From Bythopirellula sp. (GTDB lineage Bacteria > Planctomycetota > Planctomycetia > Pirellulales > Lacipirellulaceae): 64,000 nt of DNA. The position numbers and the translations under genes are program-made. Numbering within the stretch: position 1 is the stretch's first letter; every line of letters begins with the position of its first letter. The stretch spans positions 42,661-106,660 of the forward strand of contig CBDCZS010000003.1 of the NCBI GenBank assembly GCA_965224625.1, read 5' to 3'. Below, one piece after another: positions 36,172-46,103 of this stretch. Under the pieces are notes generated by a model. It was given only the letters and a program-made list of their open reading frames with translations. It was not told the origin of the DNA and did no database searches.

Positions 36172-37712
36172 AAACACAAAAACAATATGGCTGTGATATT
36201 GCCATTCTTATTGAGAGATACCTCGAACAGGCATAACATGAAAGTAGGCAAGAAGTGAAAGAGGATTCCCTGAGCTTACGTCGGTATCTTTTCGGAACGT
36301 ACAGGGACTAGAAAATCATAACGAGGGTCGTAGCATGTCAAAAAGTAAACGAAAAACGGGTTTTACGCTGGTTGAGTTGTTGGTGGTGATCGCCATCATT
36401 GGCGTCCTTGTCGCGCTGCTATTGCCGGCCGTGCAAGCCGCGCGTGAAGCGGCCCGTCGAACGCAGTGCATGAACAACCTGAGACAGTTCGGCCTAGCCC
36501 TGCAAAACTATCATTCAGCTTTGCAAGAATTCCCCAAGATTTCTAGGACCATGAAACCCGATTTCCAGGCGGGGCCGACTTGGATCGTCCAGGTGATGCC
36601 CTACTTCGAAGCAACCGCAGCCTTTCAGGGACTTGATCTCTCGGGCACCTTTTTCGCGAGCGGTGGCTCCACCACGCCGGCAGCTGAGGAGAACGCGCGC
36701 CGGCTTGATGGCTTTGTGCCGTCGGTCCTCCATTGCCCCAGTAGCAGCCTGCCCAATTCTTACCAGCAAGAGGTGGGTGGCAGCGGCGATTTAGTAACCA
36801 TCGCCGAGACTTGCTACGTCGGCATCCACGGCGCGACCTATACTAATGTAGAGCAGAGTATTCCTCATCCTTCAACCGATCTCACTCCCCATCCAGACCA
36901 CGGGCCGATCTCTGGCGGAGGGATGTTTCTCCTCGACCGGAACATCCGCATCGGTGAATGCACCGATGGAACTTCGCACACCATCATGGTTGGTGAAGAA
37001 TCCGATTTTTTAAACGTACCTGGCCCGGTCGGCACTGGCCGTCCTGGCAGTGTCAACGCAGGGCCCGAAGGTCCAGGTTTGGTCGATCTCCGGTCTTCGA
37101 ATCGGCATGGCGCATTCATGGGCAATTCGTATAACCATGAACCCAGTGGTGACGAAACTATGGGGTTAGTAGCAAAGGGATGCGAACACCCCAACTGCAC
37201 CCGCTGCTGGAACATGACGACCGTACTCTACCCGATCAACACCAAGGATTGGGACTCGAAATCCATGCAGCTTCTTGGATGTAACAAGCCGATTCGTTCA
37301 CCTCACCCCGGGGGTGCCTTGGTCCTGTTTGCCGATGGCCATGTCGATTACCTAAGCGACGAAACCGACATGCAGACGCTCAGCGATTTGGCCAACCGTG
37401 ATGATGGCAACGTCCTCTAGGACGAGGTTTCTGCAGACCGGCGATTCTTTGCTTTGCCCAGGGAAGCTGCGTCTTTTGCTAGCTGAAACTAGTGTTTTGG
37501 TGACTTTCCGCATTTCCTCGTAGCGACTGCCCTTAGCGCGAAACACAAAAACAATCTTCCTGTGATATTGCCATTCTTGTTGAGAGATACCTTGAACAGG
37601 CATAACATAAAGGGAGGCAAGAAGAGGCGTTAAGTGAAAGAGGATTCCCTGAGCTTACGTCTGTATCTTTTCGGAACATCAGAAACTGGAAAATTATAAC
37701 GAGGGTCGTGGC
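36172..37712 (+). repeat. Duplicated 5' leader of about 165 bp (36172-36334 and 37541-37712) in front of the two DUF1559 paralogs
   Basis: Shared blocks gtgatattgccattctt, gagagatacc, gaacaggcataacat, gtgaaagaggattccctgagcttacgtc and aacgagggtcgt. Confidence 0.88.
36335..37420 (+). CDS. DUF1559 protein with prepilin-type N-terminal cleavage motif (paralog 1)
   Basis: [43 protein letters not shown]; C-terminal H-X9-DG (HPGGALVLFADG). Confidence 0.95.
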   Translation: MSKSKRKTGFTLVELLVVIAIIGVLVALLLPAVQAAREAARRTQCMNNLRQFGLALQNYHSALQEFPKISRTMKPDFQAGPTWIVQVMPYFEATAAFQGLDLSGTFFASGGSTTPAAEENARRLDGFVPSVLHCPSSSLPNSYQQEVGGSGDLVTIAETCYVGIHGATYTNVEQSIPHPSTDLTPHPDHGPISGGGMFLLDRNIRIGECTDGTSHTIMVGEESDFLNVPGPVGTGRPGSVNAGPEGPGLVDLRSSNRHGAFMGNSYNHEPSGDETMGLVAKGCEHPNCTRCWNMTTVLYPINTKDWDSKSMQLLGCNKPIRSPHPGGALVLFADGHVDYLSDETDMQTLSDLANRDDGNVL

Positions 37713-38798
37713 ATGTCAAAAAGCAAACACAAAACGGGTTTTACGCTGGTCGAGTTGTTGGTGGTGATTGCCATCATCGGCGTTCTTGTTGCGCTGCTTT
37801 TGCCGGCCGTGCAAGCCGCTCGTGAGGCCGCGCGACGTTCGCAGTGCATGAACAACTTGAAGCAATTCGGCTTGGCCCTGCAGAACTACCACTCGGCCTT
37901 GCAAGAGTTCCCTCAGATTTCCAAGACCATGGATCCCGACTATCAACATGGTCCGACTTGGACCGTGCAGGTGTTCCCCTACTTCGAGGCAACCGCAGCC
38001 TTTCAAGGGCTTGAACTAGGTGGCACCTTCTTCGCGGGCAGCACGAATCCAAATGACAGTGGCGAACTGAACGCACGCCAGCTTGATAACTTTGTGCCCT
38101 CGGTCCTTCACTGCCCTAGTAGCAGTCTACCTAACTCGTACCAACAGGAGTTGGGCAGCGGCGAACTCGTAACCGTCGCCGAGACCTGCTACATCGGTAT
38201 CCACGGCGCGACCTATACCAATGTTGAGCAGAGTATTCCTCATCCTTCGACCGATCTCACTCCCGTCCCAGACCACGGGCCGATGTCTGGCGGAGGAATG
38301 TTTGTCCTCGACCGGAACATCCGTATTGGTGAATGCACCGATGGAACCTCGAACACGATCATGGTCGGTGAAGAATCCGATTTCTTAACCGTACCTGGGC
38401 CCATCGGTACAGGCCGCGCTCCTAACCAAGGTCCGGAAGGCCCAGGTTTAGTCGACCTCCGGTCCACGAATCGACATGGCGCGTTTGTTGGAAATTCGTA
38501 CCACCATGAGCCTCAGGGTGATGAAACTATGGGGTTAGTAAACAACGGATGCGAGCATCCTAACTGCACCCGATGCTACAACATGACGACCGTACTCTAC
38601 CCGATCAACACCAAGGATTGGGACGATAAATCCATGAAACTTCTGGGTTGCAACAAGCCGATTCGCTCCTCGCACCCAGGCGGGGCCTTGGTCCTGTTTG
38701 CCGATGGCCATGTCGATTACCTAAGCGACGAAACAGACATGCAGACGCTCAGCGATTTGGCCAACCGCGATGATGGCAATGTCCTCACACTCCCGTAG
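37713..38798 (+). CDS. DUF1559 protein (paralog 2, tandem duplicate)
   Basis: Same motifs as 36335; highly similar along the whole length. Confidence 0.95.
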   Translation: MSKSKHKTGFTLVELLVVIAIIGVLVALLLPAVQAAREAARRSQCMNNLKQFGLALQNYHSALQEFPQISKTMDPDYQHGPTWTVQVFPYFEATAAFQGLELGGTFFAGSTNPNDSGELNARQLDNFVPSVLHCPSSSLPNSYQQELGSGELVTVAETCYIGIHGATYTNVEQSIPHPSTDLTPVPDHGPMSGGGMFVLDRNIRIGECTDGTSNTIMVGEESDFLTVPGPIGTGRAPNQGPEGPGLVDLRSTNRHGAFVGNSYHHEPQGDETMGLVNNGCEHPNCTRCYNMTTVLYPINTKDWDDKSMKLLGCNKPIRSSHPGGALVLFADGHVDYLSDETDMQTLSDLANRDDGNVLTLP

Positions 38799-38859
38799 AG
38801 CCGGTTTCAAAACTCCTGTTTTCTCGTTAGAGATGCCAACTGAAGGAACGAATTCAAAA

Positions 38860-39306
38860 ATGCCCACGTATCTAGTACGCAATCAACAAGCTCACTCAAA
38901 CTGGCATTTTGCCGCCACCTTGTTACTAGCGTGCTTGGCTGTGGGTTGTGGCAAAAGCGGCTCGGGGAGCGTGAGTGGAAAAATTACATTCAAAGATCAG
39001 CCGGTCGTTGACGGGGATGTTACTTTTTTTCAACCAAGCTCTGGACGGGTTGCCCAGAGTCCTCTGAGCGCGGAAGGCACCTACTCTCTGAACCTGTCGG
39101 AAAACCCACTTCCTGCAGGGGAGTTTAAGGTCACCGTCACGCCCTCGACGAGCTATATAGAAGTTGCTGGCCCCAATGGCAAGGACATAAAAATGGTCAC
39201 CAAGGGTGAGAAGAGCATCCCAAGGCCCTACCGAGAACGAAACCGCACGCCCCTCTCGGCCACGCTCACCGGCGGTGAAGACACCTTCGACTTTGAGCTC
39301 AAGTAA
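38860..39306 (+). CDS. Lipoprotein with carboxypeptidase-regulatory-like domain (typical DUF1559 partner)
   Basis: SD gaagga; lipobox LAVGC; VSGKITFKDQPV, G.Y.V.V-like and IP..Y motifs; ends FDFELK. Confidence 0.85.
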   Translation: MPTYLVRNQQAHSNWHFAATLLLACLAVGCGKSGSGSVSGKITFKDQPVVDGDVTFFQPSSGRVAQSPLSAEGTYSLNLSENPLPAGEFKVTVTPSTSYIEVAGPNGKDIKMVTKGEKSIPRPYRERNRTPLSATLTGGEDTFDFELK

Positions 39307-39475
39307 TTTTTGCCTGGCGTTCGTTCAAAGTGATTGCATTCTCTTGCTAGCCAAGCTTGTTCTTGGCAAGTGTTTCAGCATGGACTAGAGTGTAGCCGAC
39401 TTCGCGAAGGCGAGCGGGAACACACGGGTTGGATTCTCGCCACCTCGACTCCCGTATTTCCGTGCTTATCTCTCC

Positions 39476-40498
39476 ATGCCAGAAAACTCGCCACCTCGCA
39501 TTTTGATCGTCCGCCTCAGCGCGATGGGCGACGTCATTCATGGCATTCCTGTTTTGCATGCCCTACGCACCGCGTTTCCGCAGGCCTTTCTTGGGTGGGT
39601 TGTTTCGGGGCGCAATGGCGACCTTCTCGAGGGGCACCCCGATCTGGACCAGCTCTTTCGGATTTCTCGACGCTGGTGGAAATCACCGCGTGAAATTTTC
39701 GATTTGCGTCGACAACTGCATGAGCAAAAGTTCGACATGACGCTCGATCTTCAATGCCTGTCCAAAAGCGCGTTTGCAGCGAGGCTCAGCGGCGCGAAAC
39801 GGCGCATTGGCTATAGCGGCAAGCTAGGACGCGAAATCAGCACTTGGTTGAACAACGAACTGGTGGAGGTCGACACCCAGCATGTGATCGACCGCTATTT
39901 GGCAATTTTAAAACCGCTGGGCATCGAAAACCCGTCGGTCGGATTTAATCTGCCCGAGCAAGCCGCCGACGCCGATTTTGCAAAACAAACATGCCAAGAC
40001 CTCAAGCTGCCGATCCACGGATTTGCAATCCTGAATCCGGGTGCGGGTTGGGTCTCCAAGCAATGGCCTGCCGAGCGCTACGGCGAACTGGCCGCACGGC
40101 TGTGGCGGGAAAAACGCTTGCGGTCGTTAGCCGTTTGGGCGGGCGACACCGAACGTCAATTGGCGCAAACGATTGTCGAAGCTAGTACGGGCGGAGCTGT
40201 TCTCGCGCCGGCCACTTCGATGCAACAACTGGCTTCGCTGGCCAGAAAAGCACGGTTGTTTATCGGTTCAGACACCGGGCCGTTGCATCTGGCTGTCGCC
40301 GTCAACACGCCGAGCATCAGCTTGCACGGTACTTCGTTAGCCGCAGAAACCGGTGCCTACGGCAACCAAAACCGACGTCTGCAGGCCGAGTACGACAACT
40401 CTGCTGGAAAGCGTCGCCATGACGACAACCGTGCGATGCGCGCGATCACCACCGACGCAGTCTACGCCGCTTGCGAAGAGCTGCTCTCGTCGCCGTAA
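39476..40498 (+). CDS. Glycosyltransferase family 9 (LPS heptosyltransferase-like)
   Basis: RILIVRLSAMGDVIH; NPGAGWVSKQWP; FIGSDTGPLHLA. Confidence 0.92.
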   Translation: MPENSPPRILIVRLSAMGDVIHGIPVLHALRTAFPQAFLGWVVSGRNGDLLEGHPDLDQLFRISRRWWKSPREIFDLRRQLHEQKFDMTLDLQCLSKSAFAARLSGAKRRIGYSGKLGREISTWLNNELVEVDTQHVIDRYLAILKPLGIENPSVGFNLPEQAADADFAKQTCQDLKLPIHGFAILNPGAGWVSKQWPAERYGELAARLWREKRLRSLAVWAGDTERQLAQTIVEASTGGAVLAPATSMQQLASLARKARLFIGSDTGPLHLAVAVNTPSISLHGTSLAAETGAYGNQNRRLQAEYDNSAGKRRHDDNRAMRAITTDAVYAACEELLSSP

Positions 40499-41103
40499 AG
40501 ATACGGATTAAGCGTCGGGTCGTTGTACATTTTCATTTGCCGGTAAACTTTTAGCAGTTTCTTGCCGGCAAGCAAATCGTCGAGCAGTTCGGTCAGCGAT
40601 TGGGCCAGGTCTGTCTGTTGGGTGCGACAACGGGCAATCTGCTCGGTCACTTTTTCGACGTGCTGTTGGTCGACGTCGGTGCGCTGTAGTTGTTCCTTGA
40701 GGTGATAGATTCTCAAGGACATGATCGACAGCCGATCGACAGCGCTGCCGGGCGTCTCGGTGTTGAGTCTCGCCTCGCTTTTCGGCACCACGCCAGCGTT
40801 ACAAAACATTTTGATCAACGCTTCGTCGATACGCTCGATAAAATCGTTTCGGTTCTGGTTGTAGCCATCAATGGCTCGTTTGACTTGTGCAATGCGTTTG
40901 TCGCTCACCTCTTTGCTACGCGCGACGTCTTCTTCGTGCCAGAGCTGGAAATTGAATGTGTGCTGTGCGCAAACGATGTTTTGCAGTCCCGAGTAAGGAT
41001 TATCTAGCTCACTGTGGTGCCAGCGTTCGACGGTTTCGGCATGTAAGGCGAGTGTCTGCTCGACAAATTCTTTCGGAACCAAGCTAGTACAATCCATTTT
41101 CAT
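40462..41103 (-). CDS. DUF4254 domain protein
   Basis: QLWHEEDVAR, KRAIDGYNQNRNDFIERID and ETPGSAVDRLSI motifs; 37-bp convergent overlap with GT9. Confidence 0.85.
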   Translation of the reverse strand: MKMDCTSLVPKEFVEQTLALHAETVERWHHSELDNPYSGLQNIVCAQHTFNFQLWHEEDVARSKEVSDKRIAQVKRAIDGYNQNRNDFIERIDEALIKMFCNAGVVPKSEARLNTETPGSAVDRLSIMSLRIYHLKEQLQRTDVDQQHVEKVTEQIARCRTQQTDLAQSLTELLDDLLAGKKLLKVYRQMKMYNDPTLNPYLYGDESSSSQAA

Positions 41104-41119
41104 TTCTCCAATTGACTTT

Positions 41120-42133
41120 CTACTTTTGTACGAATTCTTTGTTATGCAGTTCTCGTTCTGCCAGTTCGAGGTCGTGTTCGACCATGAGCTGGGCGAGTTC
41201 TGCGAAATTGGTTTCAGCTTTCCAGCCGAGATCTTTTTCTGCTTTGCTGGCGTCGCCTAGTAGCAGGTCGACCTCGGCGGGGCGGAAGTAGCGAGGGTCG
41301 ATTTCGACGTAATCTTCCCAGTTCAGATCGAGTTGGTTGAACACCTCATCCAAAAAATCGCGGATCGAGTGGGTCTTGCCCGTCGCGATCACAAAATCTT
41401 CGGGGACGTCTTGTTGAAGCATACGCCACATGGCGTCGACATAATCTTTGGCGTAACCCCAGTCGCGTTTGGCGTCGAGGTTGCCCAGGTAGAGCTTTTC
41501 TTGGAGGCCAATCTTGATGCGAGTGGCCGCCCGTGTGATCTTGCGTGTGACAAACGTCTCGCCGCGTCGAGGCGATTCGTGATTGAACAAAATGCCGTTC
41601 ACGGCAAACATATCGTAGCTGCGGCGATAGTTGATTGTTTGGTGGAAGGCATAAACCTTCGAGCAAGCGTAAGGACTTTGCGGCTGAAACGGGGTGGTTT
41701 CGGTCTGCGGTGTTTCGAGCACTTTTCCGAACATCTCGCTGCTACTCGCCTGATAAACTCGCACCGGTTTGATTTTATTCAATTGCCGGGCCGCCTCCAA
41801 TACATTCAACGCACCGACGCCATCGCTCATCAGCGTGTAGACGGGCTGATCGAACGAAACCCGGACATGGCTCTGAGCGCCTAGATTATAAATTTCGTCG
41901 GGTTGGAGTTCGAGCACCAAGTGCGAAAGCGCCAGGCCATCGGTCAAATCGCCGTAGTGGAGCCGAAGCTGCGACGGTTTGTGGATGTCTTGATAAAGAT
42001 GGTCAATCCTCCCGGTCGAAAAGCTGCTGCTCCGCCGAATCAGACCATCGACTTTGTAGCCTTTTTCGAGCAGAAGCTCTGCCAGATAAGAACCATCTTG
42101 GCCAGTAATACCAGTAATAAAAGCAGATTTCAT
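41120..42133 (-). CDS. gmd: GDP-mannose 4,6-dehydratase
   Basis: [62 protein letters not shown] and PRYFRPAEV. Confidence 0.97.
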   Translation of the reverse strand: MKSAFITGITGQDGSYLAELLLEKGYKVDGLIRRSSSFSTGRIDHLYQDIHKPSQLRLHYGDLTDGLALSHLVLELQPDEIYNLGAQSHVRVSFDQPVYTLMSDGVGALNVLEAARQLNKIKPVRVYQASSSEMFGKVLETPQTETTPFQPQSPYACSKVYAFHQTINYRRSYDMFAVNGILFNHESPRRGETFVTRKITRAATRIKIGLQEKLYLGNLDAKRDWGYAKDYVDAMWRMLQQDVPEDFVIATGKTHSIRDFLDEVFNQLDLNWEDYVEIDPRYFRPAEVDLLLGDASKAEKDLGWKAETNFAELAQLMVEHDLELAERELHNKEFVQK

Positions 42134-42213
42134 ATCAAATCAAACAAGGGTTAGTAGGACATTTTTTTTCGTGCTTATTCGTGGCTATTTCTTCATGGCT
42201 AGGATTCTCGCGG

Positions 42214-42951
42214 CTAAGCAGCGACCGAAGCCTGCGAGCGAAGTCGCCAGTTTTCCCAAACAAAGCGATACTGGTAAGTCAGCTCGTGTGTTGCCTGCAA
42301 CCGGCGTTGGATTGCTTCCATGCGTGCTGTCGCCTCGGGGACGAAGGTATGAAACTGTATTTGTAAGTTCTGAAACTGCGAGATGCAACCGGCGTCCAAC
42401 AGACGTTCAAGCAGTTCGTACTCTCCGCCTTCGATATTAATTTTGCACAGGCCGATCTTTGCCCCGTCGAGTCGCTCAAGACCAAGTTGTTCAAGAAAGG
42501 CAGCCGCGTCGCGCAACTCAATCTCGACTTGGTTCGACGACTTTTTCCATTGGCTCGAAGCATCGTCTTCGACCGACAGACTTGTTGTGCAGTTTGTTTT
42601 TGACAGTCCAAACGGGTGAGGCTGGATGCGCTGGTTTCGAGAAAAACGTTTGCAGATCGCGTCGTAATAGGCGGGCATCGGCTCGAAGACATGGATTTTA
42701 CAGCCGTAGCGAGCAAAAATCTCTGCCGCCCACGAACCCTCGTAGCCGCCCAGATCGAGCACTACGTCTTCGGAGCCTAGATCGTATTCGTAGCGCAGCT
42801 TGTTTTCGGATTGGTCCGCACGCCAGCGGCGCAAGCTCGTTTCGTAGTCTTGGTTCAAAATCGCAAGCTGAGGCATTTTGAGAAATCGCACAACGCGATC
42901 ATGCCGCTTGGCAAACGAGCGTTTCCACTTCTTCCAGTTTTTAGAACCCAT
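42214..42951 (-). CDS. FkbM family methyltransferase
   Basis: VVLDLGGYEG, HVFEP and KINIEGGE motifs. Confidence 0.88.
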   Translation of the reverse strand: MGSKNWKKWKRSFAKRHDRVVRFLKMPQLAILNQDYETSLRRWRADQSENKLRYEYDLGSEDVVLDLGGYEGSWAAEIFARYGCKIHVFEPMPAYYDAICKRFSRNQRIQPHPFGLSKTNCTTSLSVEDDASSQWKKSSNQVEIELRDAAAFLEQLGLERLDGAKIGLCKINIEGGEYELLERLLDAGCISQFQNLQIQFHTFVPEATARMEAIQRRLQATHELTYQYRFVWENWRLRSQASVAA

Positions 42952-43107
42952 TCAAATTTCCTATCCAAACGACCGCTCTGCCTCCGAGAACCGCAGCACT
43001 TTTACGGAAATGCCGCTTGTTATGCAAGACAGACTTTAGGCAAGACAGACTTTTGAAAAGGAAGAGTCACGCTAGCACCGATCAATTCTCCTCTGCCTAA
43101 AGAAGCG

Positions 43108-43169
43108 AACCACGACGACACGACGAGCACCACGCAAAAAACCGTGGTGTCCGTCGTGTCGTCGTGGTT
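43108..43169. repeat. Palindromic REP-like element (aaccacgacgacacgacg family)
   Basis: Inverted repeat aaccacgacgacacgacg...caccacg / cgtggtg...cgtcgtgtcgtcgtggtt in the divergent intergenic region. Confidence 0.8.
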
Positions 43170-43308
43170 GATTTTTGATTCTTCGCAAAAGCAAGAGGCT
43201 TTTGGCAGTTTTTCTGTCCTTGAAGCCCAGGTTCTCTTGACGTGCAAGCAGCCTTTTTGTTTATTTGGAGGCCTTCCTCCAAGAATGCCACGCTAGGAAA
43301 ACCGTTCT

Positions 43309-44277
43309 ATGCCTCGAGTTCTGCTAACCACCGGTTGTACGCATTGGCCCTACGCACGCCAAACGCCGCAGCACCTGGGCGTCTGGGAAGATTTCGAATT
43401 TGTCATCGATCAGCAGGACGTTACCTGCGATGCTTGGGTGACGTTCGAGAATCCGACCGAGCCGGTCCGTGCGAACACGATTCCTGAGAACATGATTTTC
43501 CTAACCGGCGAGCCACCCGAACTACGGTCCTATCGCGACGACTTTTTGCGGCAGTTTCGCTGGGTCGTCACCTGTCATGACATCAAACATCAGGGTCTGA
43601 TCGCCAGCCATCAGTCGCAACCTTGGTTTGTCGGCGTCGACTGCGACCGGGGCTACCAAGCGACGCTCGACTACGATTCGCTCTCGAAGATGCCGATGCC
43701 AGAAAAGCCGTTTTTGATCAGCGCTGCGATTTCCGACAAAGCGATCACCGAGGGGCATCGCCAACGCTTGCAGTTGGTTCGACTTCTCAAGGAACGCCTC
43801 GGAGCCGATTTCCACATTCTTGGCCAAGGCCATCAACCGTTCGCCGACAAGTGGGAAGCGGTTGCACCGTATCGATTTCATCTGGCACTGGAAAACGCCG
43901 AGCGCCCGAACTATGTCACCGAGAAAATCGGCGATGCGTTTCTCGGCTATGCCTTTCCGCTTTACTCGGGTGCGCCGAATATTACCGACTTTTATCCCGA
44001 GGGAAGTCTTGAGCCGATTGATATCAGCCGCCCTCTCGAAGCGATCCGAACCATTTGCAGGGCGATCGACAACAACCTTGATGTTCAGCGCCGAGAGCAA
44101 GTCGCGCTCGCCCGCAAAGCCGTCTTCGACGAGTTCAATCTTTTTCCTCGCATGGTTAAAATGCTGCGAGAGCGAATGGTCGACAAGCCCAAGCAATCGA
44201 TTCAACTTTACCCAAAAAACCAGCACTTCAAGCTTGCTTGGTCGGGATTGCGTCGCAATTTGCGAAGAGCTGCGTAA
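43309..44277 (+). CDS. Glycosyltransferase family 10-like (alpha-1,3-fucosyltransferase-like)
   Basis: TGEP; YRFHLALENAERPNYVTEKIGDAFLG-YAFPLYSG matches the GT10 motif. Confidence 0.82.
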   Translation: MPRVLLTTGCTHWPYARQTPQHLGVWEDFEFVIDQQDVTCDAWVTFENPTEPVRANTIPENMIFLTGEPPELRSYRDDFLRQFRWVVTCHDIKHQGLIASHQSQPWFVGVDCDRGYQATLDYDSLSKMPMPEKPFLISAAISDKAITEGHRQRLQLVRLLKERLGADFHILGQGHQPFADKWEAVAPYRFHLALENAERPNYVTEKIGDAFLGYAFPLYSGAPNITDFYPEGSLEPIDISRPLEAIRTICRAIDNNLDVQRREQVALARKAVFDEFNLFPRMVKMLRERMVDKPKQSIQLYPKNQHFKLAWSGLRRNLRRAA

Positions 44278-44305
44278 TTCAATCTTTGGTAGGAGATTCT
44301 CGTTG

Positions 44306-45016
44306 ATGGGTTCCATAAAACAACTGCTCTACAAGGCCTTGGGTGGCCGGTTTCGATCGCGTCAACTGGCGGGTAGGCCTGTGAGCGAGGTCTTTAATGC
44401 GATTTACGATCGCAATGCGTGGAAAGGAAAAGAATCGATTTCGGGCACCGGTTCCAACCTGCAGCAGACGGCTCAGTTGAGTGCTGAGCTGCCTGCGATT
44501 CTGCGTCAACTCGGCGCAACGTCGCTGTTGGACATCCCCTGCGGCGATTTTTATTGGATGCAGCATGTCGACTTGAGTGACGTAACTTACTTCGGTGCCG
44601 ACATTGTCGAAGATCTAATTCACCAGAACAAGGCGCACGAAACAGAGAATCGATCTTTCCTTCACTGCGATCTAATGACCGACCGACTGCCCGAGGTCGA
44701 CGTCATCTTTTGCCGCGATTGTCTGGTTCATTTTTCAGAGGCACACATATGGAAAGCGCTGAAAAACATCGCCCACAGTCAAGCAAAGTTTTTGATCACA
44801 ACGACCTTCACGCAACAAACGAACAAGAAGAAAATCGAGACGGGCCAGTGGCGTCCGCTCAATCTACAAGCGGCCCCCTTCGCCTTGGCCGAGCCGGTGA
44901 TGTTGTTTGACGAAAAATGTACGCAAGATGGCGGCGCGTATCCCGACAAAATGCTCGGTGTCTGGACCCTCGAATCGATCCGTACGACGCTGAGCCAAGT
45001 CCAAGCAGCCGCCTAA
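44306..45016 (+). CDS. Class I SAM-dependent methyltransferase
   Basis: SD aggag then ATG 44306; SISGTGS, LLDIPCGDF.W, YFGADIV, IFCRDCLVH and WRPLNLQAAPF. Confidence 0.85.
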   Translation: MGSIKQLLYKALGGRFRSRQLAGRPVSEVFNAIYDRNAWKGKESISGTGSNLQQTAQLSAELPAILRQLGATSLLDIPCGDFYWMQHVDLSDVTYFGADIVEDLIHQNKAHETENRSFLHCDLMTDRLPEVDVIFCRDCLVHFSEAHIWKALKNIAHSQAKFLITTTFTQQTNKKKIETGQWRPLNLQAAPFALAEPVMLFDEKCTQDGGAYPDKMLGVWTLESIRTTLSQVQAAA

Positions 45017-45040
45017 ATGCCCCGTTAAAACGCAAAGCTC

Positions 45041-46021
45041 ATGTCGACTCCAAAAATTGATGTCGTGATGCCGGTCTACAACGCCGAAGCCTATGTGGGC
45101 GACGCCGTCAGAAGCATTTTGCATCAGTCGTTTGCCGATTTTCGTTTGCTCTGCGTCGACGATGGTAGCACGGATCGCTCTGGCAAGATCCTACAAGAGC
45201 TTGCGGCCGAAGATCCCCGCATAGAAATTATTCACCAAGAGAATCATGGCTTAGTCGGTGCGCTCAACAACGGCCTTTCCGCTTGCACAGCGCCGCTGGT
45301 TGCACGCATGGACGCCGACGATATCTCGATGCCCGAACGGTTTGCTCGACAAGTCGATTTTCTGGGACACAACGCAGACGTCGTTGCTGTGGGAACCTCT
45401 ATCCTTGAAATCGATTCTGATGGCGCTCCACTTGCGGTCCAGCATTTTTCATCTGAACACGAGGAGATCGACGCCGGGATGCTGCAAATACGGACCGGCA
45501 TGGCACATCCGACGGTGATGATGCGGCGCGAAGCCGTTCAGGCAGTTGGTGGATACCGGGCAGAGTACGAGTGGGTCGAAGATCTCGACCTTTGGCTACG
45601 GCTGGCCGAGCAAGGCCGTTTGGCCAACCTACCCGAAGTGCTGCTCTGCTATCGTCAACACGCGTCGAGCGGAAGTTGGAGCGTAGGACGCATTCGCAGG
45701 CAACGGACCATCGCCCTCATGGAAGCAACCTACGCGCGCCGCGGCCTGAGTCTGCCTGAAAGATTGCTCGAGCGTTGTCGGGCACACCGCTCCCCGAGCG
45801 GACCCGGAAAATGGGCGCGCAAAGCCTCGAAGCAAGGCCAGTGGAGCGTTGCATGCAAGCACCTGCGCCGCCAATGGTGTGAATCGCCGTTGAGCCTACT
45901 CACTTGGCGTATGACGCTCGAAGTCGCCGCCCGTTCGACGATCAGCCGCTTGTCGAAAGGCAAATCGACCTTGCCCGAAGTTCCATGCTATCACGCTCCA
46001 TGCTATCACAAGGCCGCCTGA
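45041..46021 (+). CDS. Glycosyltransferase family 2
   Basis: VVMPVYN, VDDGSTD, DxD (RMDADD), HPTVMMR and EDLDLWLR. Confidence 0.92.
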   Translation: MSTPKIDVVMPVYNAEAYVGDAVRSILHQSFADFRLLCVDDGSTDRSGKILQELAAEDPRIEIIHQENHGLVGALNNGLSACTAPLVARMDADDISMPERFARQVDFLGHNADVVAVGTSILEIDSDGAPLAVQHFSSEHEEIDAGMLQIRTGMAHPTVMMRREAVQAVGGYRAEYEWVEDLDLWLRLAEQGRLANLPEVLLCYRQHASSGSWSVGRIRRQRTIALMEATYARRGLSLPERLLERCRAHRSPSGPGKWARKASKQGQWSVACKHLRRQWCESPLSLLTWRMTLEVAARSTISRLSKGKSTLPEVPCYHAPCYHKAA

Positions 46022-46103
46022 AATCGGCGTATCCACGTTTCGGCACAAGGCTTAGACTCGCCTGACACGAAACGATCCACACCCGCTAGGAAAAGGAATT
46101 CCT

